This document shows positions 14,916 to 22,752 of a DNA stretch of 23,739 nt, piece after piece. The DNA is taken from IMG/VR virus record IMGVR_UViG_638275429_000001, positions 1 through 23,739 of that record. The stretch is one strand, 5' to 3'. Made by a program: the position numbers and the translations under genes. How positions within the stretch are numbered: position 1 is the first letter of the stretch; the number at the start of each line of letters is the position of its first letter. Below the pieces are notes generated by a model, which saw nothing but the letters and a program-made list of their open reading frames with translations, ran no database searches and was not told the origin of the DNA. This DNA comes from a virus. Taxonomy: Duplodnaviria; Heunggongvirae; Uroviricota; Caudoviricetes; Straboviridae.

Positions 14916-15581
14916 TCACATACCTACGTTGATAATGTCACACATTGTTTTTGATTGATCAGTGTTTTTAAGAAGATTTGCAAGCGTCGCGTTAAACATC
15001 GCAACGTCAAATTTCCAACGGACATCGGCGAATTCGGAAGACAGCTTATTCTTAGATGCTTCAGCAGCCCACTTTGGCAAAACGTCGTTATCGACGATCT
15101 TCGCGGAACAGCCCAACGCCCATGACGGAGCGTCCGAACGACGGTAAGTTGCGTCCAGGTATTGCCCGTTATAAACGGCAGTATTACCATTCTTGAATTG
15201 TGTGATCAATTGGCCAACTGACGAAGAACCAATCGGCTTCGCCGGCTTTACCTGGCGTTCGGAGTATGGTTTCGCTTCGACTCCTTCGAGCTCAGCGATA
15301 ATTTCGAGCTCAATGATACGGTCCCGCATCAAATCTTTCAGGTCACCCAGTGAAGGTGCGCTATTGCGGTCTTTGATGAACGTCTTCTGGTCGGCTTTTA
15401 CTTCCGGAATATGGCGAACAACTTTGTAGGCGTCAGCCAATTGTTGATCCATCATCGAAAGCTCAGGAACTTTACAAATCGCTTTCTCGATGCTATTCAG
15501 CCCGGTAGTGTTACAATCGAAGCTTGCTGCCATCGCGGATGATGATAATAGGCCGAGGGCGATCACTGATAAAAATTTCAT
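14916..15581 (-). CDS. Secreted protein with N-terminal LprI (DUF1311)-like lysozyme-inhibitor domain
   Basis: Sec signal MKFLSVIALGLLSSSAMA then ASFDC...IEKAIC..PELS.MD..LA.AY...Q..F...R, the typical LprI-family start; second Cys pair in the C-terminal domain. Confidence 0.75.
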   Translation of the reverse strand: MKFLSVIALGLLSSSAMAASFDCNTTGLNSIEKAICKVPELSMMDQQLADAYKVVRHIPEVKADQKTFIKDRNSAPSLGDLKDLMRDRIIELEIIAELEGVEAKPYSERQVKPAKPIGSSSVGQLITQFKNGNTAVYNGQYLDATYRRSDAPSWALGCSAKIVDNDVLPKWAAEASKNKLSSEFADVRWKFDVAMFNATLANLLKNTDQSKTMCDIINVGM

Positions 15582-15748
15582 GTTTTGTTCTCCTTTCTTA
15601 AGTCATGCACCGCATCGAGAGCTCCGCGGTCGAAATCGTTGAAATCAAATGAGTTGTCTGCTTTGTCTTCGATGTCTTGCAATGTGTCACCATCTTGGTA
15701 TGCTTTATTTGCCCATTTATAACCGCGTTTGTACAAATCACTTTTCAT
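15578..15748 (-). CDS. Hypothetical 56-aa protein
   Basis: GAGG SD, start MKSDLY overlapping the denV stop. Confidence 0.6.
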   Translation of the reverse strand: MKSDLYKRGYKWANKAYQDGDTLQDIEDKADNSFDFNDFDRGALDAVHDLRKENKT

Positions 15749-16196
15749 TAAAAGCCTCGTATTCAGCAATGGCAGACAATTTTTCAAGTTGTTCGTTGGT
15801 CAATTTATGCTTTTCGGGAATCATCTCAGCAATACGAGTACGGCTGAGAGAAATGTCGGCTTCGGTTGGAGTCCATTCGCCAAACAAATGCGTGTATTCT
15901 GGAAAGAAAATTTCGACTTTCCAGTTGTCAGTTGGAGAGTATCCGCGCTTCGTCATTTCATCCATCAACATAAGATAGCGATCGCGAAGCCACGCCAATT
16001 TATTGTAGAAGAATGTCACATGACCACGGCCACCGTCGGGGTTTTTGTTCGTACGAACAGTGAATCGTTTCGGGATTTTACCAGTGCGACCATTTTTCTT
16101 GATAAGAATGCTGGCAACACGAGGATTTTCGTACCATTCGCCTACGAGATGCGCATTGCAAAGTAGCGAAGGATGCTCGAGATTGATGCGGGTCAT
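15738..16196 (-). CDS. denV: Pyrimidine-dimer DNA glycosylase/AP lyase (endonuclease V)
   Basis: MTRINL start (Thr2, Arg3), Glu23, PRV (Arg26) and GHVTFFY.KL..LR.R all in register with recalled T4 DenV. Confidence 0.92.
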   Translation of the reverse strand: MTRINLEHPSLLCNAHLVGEWYENPRVASILIKKNGRTGKIPKRFTVRTNKNPDGGRGHVTFFYNKLAWLRDRYLMLMDEMTKRGYSPTDNWKVEIFFPEYTHLFGEWTPTEADISLSRTRIAEMIPEKHKLTNEQLEKLSAIAEYEAFNEK

Positions 16197-16230
16197 AACT
16201 TACTCCGTTGTTGTCGTTTAACTTGTGGCT

Positions 16231-16260
16231 ATCTTAACACGATATCTTTTGATTGTAAAC
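16231..16260 (-). promoter_or_regulatory. Early promoter for denV operon
   Basis: GTTTAC-18-TAAGAT with TG extension, leader CAAGTTAAAC. Confidence 0.85.
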
Positions 16261-16270
16261 AGCTTTTCAA

Positions 16271-16296
16271 ACAAAAAGACCCTCCGAAGAGGGTCT
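16271..16296 (-). terminator. Intrinsic terminator after primase
   Basis: AGACCCTC-TTCG-GAGGGTCT then TTTTG. Confidence 0.9.
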
Positions 16297-17299
16297 ATGC
16301 GCGTTTCCATTTGCCAAAGCGCAGTTTGGCTTGTAATCCTGAAACGGTGTTATCCTTGAAGTACTTTTCAATCTCTTCAGGAGTTGCCCCGTCTTTGATA
16401 ATCATGTCATTTATATCTTTTGATGGCCATGGGCACTTGTCCCACATCACGACCCGCTCGCCTGAATCTATAAGACGCGATAGACGTTTACACGTATCTG
16501 GATGAAATGGCTCGTTATCAAGCACCCACACACGGGTGCTTTTCCACGGCACTTCATTTAAAGCAAGACTACCGCCAGTGATAGCTCCAGCATTCTGAAT
16601 GAAAAGGGAGTCGAGTGGTCCTTCCATAAGCCAAACCATTCGGTTGCCATCAATTGTATCCATTCCGTAAATTTTTGATGCATCTTCGTGTGCCTTAATG
16701 GTGATGTACTTGTTCGGGCTCACGCATAGAGCTCGACCCTGGAATGACTGGATGTCTCCATTTTCATCGAAAATGGGTATAACTAACCGACACTCAGAAC
16801 GTTCACGGGTATACGTTTCTGGTGATATGGAGTTAACCAGCTTTTGCCACTCCTTTGTGAACCACAAACGTGAATACGCGGATTTTGGTATTTTTCGATT
16901 TGCGACGTATTTTACAATTGGGTGATTTTCAGGCAAAGTGTCAAGCTTTGTGCAATAATTTAGCTTTTCGATAACCGGCATCTTTTTAGTGAATGTTTCA
17001 GCTATCGTTTTAACTTGTGGTTTGAAGACATTATTTTCTTTACGCCGCTCAAGCAACCATTCGCGATACAGCTCTTCTTCACGATCTTTAAGATATCCGC
17101 CTAGATTGCTATGATAACCACAGTTGAAGCAATGTACTTGCCAATCGCCTTTTTTCTCATACATCCAAAATCGAGCTTTGTTCATATCCGTTTGTGAGTC
17201 ACCACATATAGGACATCTCGAATTAAACTTACCCTTCTTTCGTTTGAACTTTGGCAAGTGCATCATCGCGCGTTCAGCGAATAAAAAATCTGCAAACAT
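16295..17299 (-). CDS. 61: DNA primase gp61
   Basis: Zn finger RCPICGDS...HCFNC; Toprim EGPLDSLF, DNE, KDIND; start reassigned to MFADF (GGAG SD), in line with the T4 gp61 N-terminus. Confidence 0.95.
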   Translation of the reverse strand: MFADFLFAERAMMHLPKFKRKKGKFNSRCPICGDSQTDMNKARFWMYEKKGDWQVHCFNCGYHSNLGGYLKDREEELYREWLLERRKENNVFKPQVKTIAETFTKKMPVIEKLNYCTKLDTLPENHPIVKYVANRKIPKSAYSRLWFTKEWQKLVNSISPETYTRERSECRLVIPIFDENGDIQSFQGRALCVSPNKYITIKAHEDASKIYGMDTIDGNRMVWLMEGPLDSLFIQNAGAITGGSLALNEVPWKSTRVWVLDNEPFHPDTCKRLSRLIDSGERVVMWDKCPWPSKDINDMIIKDGATPEEIEKYFKDNTVSGLQAKLRFGKWKRA

Positions 17300-17316
17300 A
17301 AAATCACTCCAATTGT

Positions 17317-17334
17317 TGGGGTCTATCGACCCCA
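17317..17334 (-). other. 7-bp hairpin upstream of primase RBS
   Basis: TGGGGTC-GATA-GACCCCA; no U-tract. Confidence 0.5.
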
Positions 17335-17339
17335 TATTA

Positions 17340-17534
17340 TCACACTTTCGGTTTCGCGTTCTTTTTCTTACCGAGCGTCTCAGGCCCAGGAGAAGTAATC
17401 GCGCCGGATGTTTTTCCAGCAGCAATGTCGGTAGGATTACCTCCTGAATCGCCAGCGACCATGTCTTCATCAACCTGTGTGTCTTTATTGCCTTTGCTCA
17501 CTAATTTACCTGAGCATTCCAGAAACGATTTCAT
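17340..17534 (-). CDS. 61.1: gp61.1-like small protein
   Basis: GDSGGNP.DIA.G.TSGA....GPE.L.KKK resembles recalled T4 gp61.1; syntenic. Confidence 0.75.
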   Translation of the reverse strand: MKSFLECSGKLVSKGNKDTQVDEDMVAGDSGGNPTDIAAGKTSGAITSPGPETLGKKKNAKPKV

Positions 17535-17551
17535 ACAATATTCCTTAAGGT

Positions 17552-17569
17552 AGAGCCCTTTCGGGCTCT
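17552..17569 (-). other. GNRA-tetraloop hairpin after gene 41
   Basis: AGAGCCC-GAAA-GGGCTCT; no U-tract, so more likely an mRNA stabiliser or processing element than a terminator. Confidence 0.55.
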
Positions 17570-17572
17570 TGA

Positions 17573-18982
17573 TTAAAAGTTCATGATACCCGCAAGCTCA
17601 TCAAGCTTTTCACGATTGTTTGAACCTTTTGTGTGATCGGCTTGTCTGGCTGGTGCGGCGCCTGGTTTAGGTGCTGATTGACCTTCTTCTTCAAGGTCAT
17701 ACCATCGCTGATTTCCCTTACGAACACCCATTCTGAACTTGTTGATATAGTTTTTGTCGCCGTATCGAGACTTTATCTGTTTAAACAGTTGGACACCAAG
17801 TTGTGCTAATTCCTCAGTTTCCATTACCGCCAACATAAAGTCTGCAGTTGCCGGTAGACCAGCCGATTCAGCGACATCAGACATATCTATATCGGTAGAA
17901 TCCCAAGCTCCTCGGTTTGTCTGAGCACCAGTCCACAAAACAACTTGATGCTGAACTGCCAAACCGCGCAATTCTTCTGCAATGGCCTTAACGAACGAGT
18001 ATGAGTTTTCGGTGCCTCCACCCAGACGAGTAGATGCGCAAATACCCAGATAGTCGACGATAACAATATCGGCTTTGAAGTTCTTTTTCAACTTCAACTC
18101 ATTCAAAAACGCATTGAAATGGTTAGCATTTGCACCAGATGTTGGATATTGTTTGATGATCAAACGACCCATGTTTCTGGATTTAAGCTTTTCCATTCGC
18201 GCTTTATACTCGGCGAATGACAACTGGCCGTCATCAATTTCGTCAAGCGTTACATCAAGAAGGTTGGCGTCAATACGTTTAGCAACAACGTGTTCCGCCA
18301 TTTCCATGGAGAAATATACAACGTTCTTACCGGTTTGCAAATAGTCTGCGGCAAGAGAGCACAAACCCAGTGATTTACCGACGTTAACACCAGCCATTAT
18401 AACGTTGAGGGTACCGACTTCGGCTCCGCCTTTCGTGATTTTATTCAGGATATGCGAAACGAATGGGATTTTGTTTGCCTTAGACATGTAAAGCATGTAT
18501 CGGCGTTCATAATCCTCAAACCAATCATGACCAACTGAGCCATCGAATGAAATTGCCAAAGCGTTTTTCATCAAATCTTCGATAGCACCTACGTCAGGCA
18601 GCTTTTTATTACGTTCTTCGAATGGTTTTGCTGCGTTTTCCTGAATCTCGATTGCTTTTGACAAAGCATTGTACATTGCTTGGTCTTTGCAGTACGACTC
18701 AGTTTCTTTGATCAACCATGAATGGTCTTCGGGTTTTGACGCCAAACGACCGAGAACTTCTTTTATCCCATCGTGCGTTAGTTGATCGACAGATTTCTTT
18801 TCTAGTGCGATAACCAATGCCGTTTTAGTTGGAATTGTATTGTATTCATTAACGTGCTTTTGGATTAGTTTGAACAATTCCCGATATGGGCCTCGATCAA
18901 AGTATTCATCCTTTAAGTACGGGTACGCCGAAATAAAGTACGTATTGTTGAATAGCAGATTTTCAAGAATTGTTTCGACCAC
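17573..18982 (-). CDS. 41: Replicative DNA helicase gp41 (DnaB-like)
   Basis: GTG start VE.IL..L.F; MAGVNVGKSLGLC, SMEM, IVDYLGIC, AESAGLPATADF, QIKSRYGDK. Confidence 0.97.
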   Translation of the reverse strand: MVETILENLLFNNTYFISAYPYLKDEYFDRGPYRELFKLIQKHVNEYNTIPTKTALVIALEKKSVDQLTHDGIKEVLGRLASKPEDHSWLIKETESYCKDQAMYNALSKAIEIQENAAKPFEERNKKLPDVGAIEDLMKNALAISFDGSVGHDWFEDYERRYMLYMSKANKIPFVSHILNKITKGGAEVGTLNVIMAGVNVGKSLGLCSLAADYLQTGKNVVYFSMEMAEHVVAKRIDANLLDVTLDEIDDGQLSFAEYKARMEKLKSRNMGRLIIKQYPTSGANANHFNAFLNELKLKKNFKADIVIVDYLGICASTRLGGGTENSYSFVKAIAEELRGLAVQHQVVLWTGAQTNRGAWDSTDIDMSDVAESAGLPATADFMLAVMETEELAQLGVQLFKQIKSRYGDKNYINKFRMGVRKGNQRWYDLEEEGQSAPKPGAAPARQADHTKGSNNREKLDELAGIMNF

Positions 18983-19254
18983 TTTTGATCCTCTTTATCT
19001 TTCATAATTTGTTTGATCTGAATTTGCAAAGCTTCATGAACCAAAGCATGCAATTCTTCACTATCACTCACGGTTTTATATTCGACATGTAATTTGCCGT
19101 CATTATAATGAGCATCAAAAACATAGACAAGATGGGATTTACCTTTCTTGTCGATAATAAGCAATTCCTGCTTAACATCAGCCATCGACTGTTTGATAAG
19201 ACTGTGCGCGTCTTCAAGTGATTGAGGGGCCGTAGCCCCTTTGTTATCTGACAT
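18913..19254 (-). CDS. 40: gp40 head vertex assembly chaperone
   Basis: SLIKQSM.DV.QE..I....G.SHLVYV resembles recalled T4 gp40; syntenic upstream of 41; overlaps 41 by 70 nt. Confidence 0.85.
   Translation of the reverse strand: MSDNKGATAPQSLEDAHSLIKQSMADVKQELLIIDKKGKSHLVYVFDAHYNDGKLHVEYKTVSDSEELHALVHEALQIQIKQIMKDKEDQKWSKQFLKICYSTIRTLFRRTRT
19225..19240 (-). other. C(UACG)G hairpin inside first codons of gene 40
   Basis: AGGGGC-TACG-GCCCCT, a UNCG extra-stable loop. Confidence 0.6.
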
Positions 19255-19265
19255 GTTTATCTCCG

Positions 19266-19285
19266 TTGATGAGAGAATTATATCA
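19266..19285 (-). promoter_or_regulatory. Extended -10 promoter for 40-41
   Basis: TGA-TATAAT, CATCAA exactly 5 nt downstream, then GGAG SD; no GTTTAC -35. Confidence 0.65.
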
Positions 19286-19290
19286 CAAGT

Positions 19291-19986
19291 TTACTCAATG
19301 GAACCAGTTGCGATATATTTTTCGATCATTGGGAAATGGCGTTCATACACGTGGATCGAATCAACACACCAATAAATGTCACCTTTCTCAACCATAACTT
19401 CGCGAGATTGCAATTTATCAACCAAACGCTTGAGCACATAGTCTTGCCATGCCCAGTCATTACGATAACCGAAAATCGCGTCGTTTGACCTCATATGGAC
19501 AACAGCGTTCAGTTTGCCATCGCGAATTTGGTATTGGACGTTGTTGGTGCACATAAAATCAGACATGCCGTTTGCTTTATAATCCTCATGCATAGTTGGA
19601 CGAGTGTAAATCATATTCGCCCGCCGGGTATTCGGATCACTGGCCAGGTGCATGAGAACGTTGGCAAACTGTGAACCATTCTCATCACTAAGAATCGCCC
19701 ATCCATAATTTGAGTTAATACGCCCTTCAGAATCCGATACGGCTTCCCAAATGACTGGAGTTTTACCAGGAATATCGTGAACATATCGGGATTGGCTCAG
19801 GTACCATGCGAGCTCTCGTTCAATATAATCATTGTTGAGCTTGCCGAAGATCAGAGGTTCATCGGCTTTGAACATGACCGGCGCAATTTCGATGGTTTTA
19901 ACGCCCGTTTTGTCGGTTACAAATTCGCCTGCGGCGAAGCGTTGAGCTAGAATGTCACGGATATTTTGGGTGTTCATATACAGCAT
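19291..19986 (-). CDS. 42: dCMP hydroxymethyltransferase gp42
   Basis: DKTGVKTIEI, FG.LN.DYI.REL.WY, INSNYGWAI, IYTRP, DFMCTN (catalytic Cys), HMRSND..FG.RND.AWQ (cytosine-specifying Asp) match recalled T4 gp42. Confidence 0.95.
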   Translation of the reverse strand: MLYMNTQNIRDILAQRFAAGEFVTDKTGVKTIEIAPVMFKADEPLIFGKLNNDYIERELAWYLSQSRYVHDIPGKTPVIWEAVSDSEGRINSNYGWAILSDENGSQFANVLMHLASDPNTRRANMIYTRPTMHEDYKANGMSDFMCTNNVQYQIRDGKLNAVVHMRSNDAIFGYRNDWAWQDYVLKRLVDKLQSREVMVEKGDIYWCVDSIHVYERHFPMIEKYIATGSIE

Positions 19987-19995
19987 AGAATGTCC

Positions 19996-21171
19996 TTAGA
20001 TGTCAAACATGTCAAAAAGATTATTGCGGAATTCGTAATCGGTTTTTGTGGCTTCACATATTGAAGAAAGCGGTTTGACGAAGGTCTTGTCAAACAGTTT
20101 ATTGATGTCAAGATATTTTAAAACGTCGGCTTCAACAGCTGGTGGAATGGGTGTTCCTGACGGCCAAGCAAAACATGCTTCATTAAATGGATTCCGATCA
20201 CGTAGCGGTAAAACCATTACCTTTTCGCCTTCGGATATCATCGGGATAGCAGTATCAGTTTTCGCGATACGGTTGTAAGCCAAAACACCTTTAACGTGAT
20301 ATGGAGTACCTTTGATCGGGAAACCAAGTGCATCACCGTTTTTACCGATATTGTTCGCAGACGATACAGCAGCAACATCCTGATATGGGATATTTTTGAA
20401 CTCATCTTTGAACTCTTTGAAGTAATCTTGCAAAGATGATTCACCTTCTTGCAAAAGACGACGGATAGATTCCTTCAAAGACTTTTGGCATGCGAGAGGT
20501 GTAGATGACCGTTGGGTTTCAAGACCCATGATTTTAAGGTGAGGTTCGGCATAACGCGTACCTTCCATGTCGTAAACGTTAAGAGCATAACGTTTTTTAC
20601 CTGTCCAGAACCCGCCGATACCATCAGAACCAAGAGGTGCACCAAAAATAGCTTCACGGTCCATAAGCAATAGGTGATGATCATGGTTCATGTACTCTTC
20701 GAGTTCTTTGTATGAATCGTCAATGAACGGTTCAAGCTTTTTGCTACCGAGATTATCGAGGAAATCGATCAAATGGTTTGTATCGCGGAACTTGTCGATA
20801 CCAACACGATTAACTACAGCTTCCATATTCAGATAAACGGAATCTGTGTCGATATAGCAAACATAGTCAACACCAGTGGTTTTAACCAGCTCGTTGATAT
20901 ATTCGTTCAGTTTGCGTTCAATCCAGCGAATCGCCAATTGCCCGTAGGTTGTGATAGCTTCGGCATTTCGAAGGTCAAAATAACGGAACCAGTTATTACC
21001 GAGAGCTCCATAAAGAGAGTTGATCAAAATCTTTCGGTTTAATTGGTTTGTATTTCGTTTCTGTTCTTCTTTTTCGCAACGTGCGATCATCTGTTGCAAT
21101 TCATCAGTTGACAAAGTGTTCAGATATGTGAGTTCTTCTTCGTTAAAATCACGAAATAATTCGAGTTCCAT
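19996..21171 (-). CDS. 43B: DNA polymerase gp43B (C-terminal part: fingers, palm, thumb, clamp-binding tail)
   Basis: RKILINSLYG (motif B), YIDTDS (motif C), KKRYAL, C-terminal LFDMF; ATG with AGAGGA SD. Confidence 0.93.
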   Translation of the reverse strand: MELELFRDFNEEELTYLNTLSTDELQQMIARCEKEEQKRNTNQLNRKILINSLYGALGNNWFRYFDLRNAEAITTYGQLAIRWIERKLNEYINELVKTTGVDYVCYIDTDSVYLNMEAVVNRVGIDKFRDTNHLIDFLDNLGSKKLEPFIDDSYKELEEYMNHDHHLLLMDREAIFGAPLGSDGIGGFWTGKKRYALNVYDMEGTRYAEPHLKIMGLETQRSSTPLACQKSLKESIRRLLQEGESSLQDYFKEFKDEFKNIPYQDVAAVSSANNIGKNGDALGFPIKGTPYHVKGVLAYNRIAKTDTAIPMISEGEKVMVLPLRDRNPFNEACFAWPSGTPIPPAVEADVLKYLDINKLFDKTFVKPLSSICEATKTDYEFRNNLFDMFDI

Positions 21172-21184
21172 ATTATTTCCTCTT

Positions 21185-21224
21185 TTGATGGGGCTATTAT
21201 AACATAGCCCCGGAGTTGCATCAA
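21185..21224 (-). promoter_or_regulatory. Promoter for 43B in the 49-bp 43A-43B gap
   Basis: TTGATG-17-TATAAT with TG extension, CATCAA 5 nt downstream; -10 inside GGGGCTAT/ATAGCCCC. Confidence 0.7.
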
Positions 21225-22717
21225 TGATCGAGCTTAACGCCGCGGGATGCCAGTATTTTCTTGATGGCTTCCTGATTTCGGATGGCTGCAAGCATCATTT
21301 TCTTCTCAGACTTACGCTGGAGGAATACTTTCTCAGTTTCATTTGGAAGAACGCCAACTACACCTTTCTTGTACATCATGCCGTTTGGAGCACAGCTGAA
21401 TTGATCGGATGGTCGTGGAGCAACCTTATTGATATAGTCTTCAAGGCGTGCAGGAGAAAACATGCCAGCAATCATCTCGGGACTGATATTCAACAGACGG
21501 AGAATAGATGGATACAGTGATGTCAAGTCGAAGCTCAAACCATAACGGTAGCCACCGGGTACAGGTTCTTTAACATATGCGCCTGGGAAACTCTGCTTCG
21601 GGCTTGCCTTCATCGCTGGAATAACAACATTGCTTTCAACAAGAGAGTTGAAGATGATTGAATCCCATACTTTGATCGTGCCAAGAACATCATCGAAACG
21701 AATTTTTGCATAATAGGACAAAGACAGAATCAGGTCAATGAAGCAACGACGACCATCAATAAGCAGGATAATATCAGTATCTCGAACGCAGTAGTCCACA
21801 TAGCGTTGATGATCTGCTTTTCTGAATTTGTTGATCGGCCCTTCATAATCCAGTTTATCCGCCTTAACTTCACGGTAACCCACGTTTCCAAGCTTGTAGT
21901 CAGGCATCGGGGTGAAACTGAACTTCTTGAACACATCCATGTAATCCATGAGCGCAATGCCGTGAATTTTGTAGATGATTTTTTCACCATACAAGTTGGT
22001 GATGGTTTTTGAGGTAATTTTGCCATATGGACTCAACTGATTCGCAGCTTTTTCACCAAGGATGTTGGTTATCCGCGTTATGATGTATGGAATATCGAAG
22101 CCTTCCGAGTTCCAGCCGAAAACCAGGTCAGGGGTGTTTGCTTTCCACAGTTGAATGTAGTTCAAAAGGAGATCGACTTCGTCTTCGAATGGCATATAAA
22201 CGACGTTGTCAAGAATATACTTTTCGAGAACTGACTTTTTCGGGTCCCAATGGCCAACATCTTTGACTAAATCGAAGATGTAATAGGTCTTTTTGCCATT
22301 ATGCAAACGAACATGAGATATCATGTCGATTTCATATTTGGCATACTTTGGTTCTGGGAATTCGGGAGCAGTGACTTCGATATCCACAACGTCAATAACG
22401 ACATCGTCTCGGTCAAAATCAATTACACCTCGGTAGGTGTCAGAGATATAAGATATGCCATAGTCATCCATACCCATGGCGTCCATACCAACTTCTTCCA
22501 TCCGTTTAATCCACTGCTTGGCTTCCCAGATGTTTTCATGTTTTTTCGGCACACAGAATCTGCCGTAGATATCTTTATGCTTGGTTTGAACGCCTGGCGC
22601 AGCGTGTTGGAAGAGTGTTGGCTGGTATGCGACTTTTCGCGTTTGACGTTTGCCGTTATCGACAAAACGTTCCATAATATTGTTGCCAATGATTTCGATA
22701 TTGGTGTAATGACGCAT
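21221..22717 (-). CDS. 43A: DNA polymerase gp43A (N-terminal, 3'-5' exonuclease, palm motif A, first fingers helix)
   Basis: Exo I DIEVT, Exo II GWNSEGFDIPY, Exo III YCVRD, motif A SFDLTSLYPS; SD AAGGA. Confidence 0.95.
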   Translation of the reverse strand: MRHYTNIEIIGNNIMERFVDNGKRQTRKVAYQPTLFQHAAPGVQTKHKDIYGRFCVPKKHENIWEAKQWIKRMEEVGMDAMGMDDYGISYISDTYRGVIDFDRDDVVIDVVDIEVTAPEFPEPKYAKYEIDMISHVRLHNGKKTYYIFDLVKDVGHWDPKKSVLEKYILDNVVYMPFEDEVDLLLNYIQLWKANTPDLVFGWNSEGFDIPYIITRITNILGEKAANQLSPYGKITSKTITNLYGEKIIYKIHGIALMDYMDVFKKFSFTPMPDYKLGNVGYREVKADKLDYEGPINKFRKADHQRYVDYCVRDTDIILLIDGRRCFIDLILSLSYYAKIRFDDVLGTIKVWDSIIFNSLVESNVVIPAMKASPKQSFPGAYVKEPVPGGYRYGLSFDLTSLYPSILRLLNISPEMIAGMFSPARLEDYINKVAPRPSDQFSCAPNGMMYKKGVVGVLPNETEKVFLQRKSEKKMMLAAIRNQEAIKKILASRGVKLDH

Positions 22718-22730
22718 TGTATATCCTTTT

Positions 22731-22752
22731 GAAAAATGGCCCGAAGGCCATT
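22731..22752 (-). terminator. Terminator-like hairpin between regA and 43A
   Basis: AATGGCC-TTCG-GGCCATT-TTTC, a few nt before the 43A SD. Confidence 0.75.

Noticed and set aside
17300-17473. 58-aa N-terminal extension of primase in the ORF track
   Set aside because: Overlaps the gp61.1-like gene; homology and a good SD begin at MFADF (17299)
18913-18982. 70-nt overlap of genes 40 and 41 (and 44-nt overlap of dda with the next ORF)
   Set aside because: Short overlaps are ordinary in compact T4-like genomes; no extra signal seen
19289-19320. Plus-strand GTTTAC as an antisense promoter into gene 42
   Set aside because: No acceptable -10 at 17-18 nt (ATATAT/TATATT) and no leader signature
21172-21220. 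Split gene 43 as a sequencing frameshift, intron or intein
   Set aside because: The gap has a proper stop, promoter, leader and SD, and matches the known split position; it is far too short for a self-splicing element
21171-21226. Gene-60-style ribosomal hop across the 43A-43B gap (CAT before the stop, matching CAT in the leader, ~50-nt gap with hairpin)
   Set aside because: Landing on the downstream CAT puts the ribosome in a frame reading CAA AAG AGG AAA TAA, not the 43B frame
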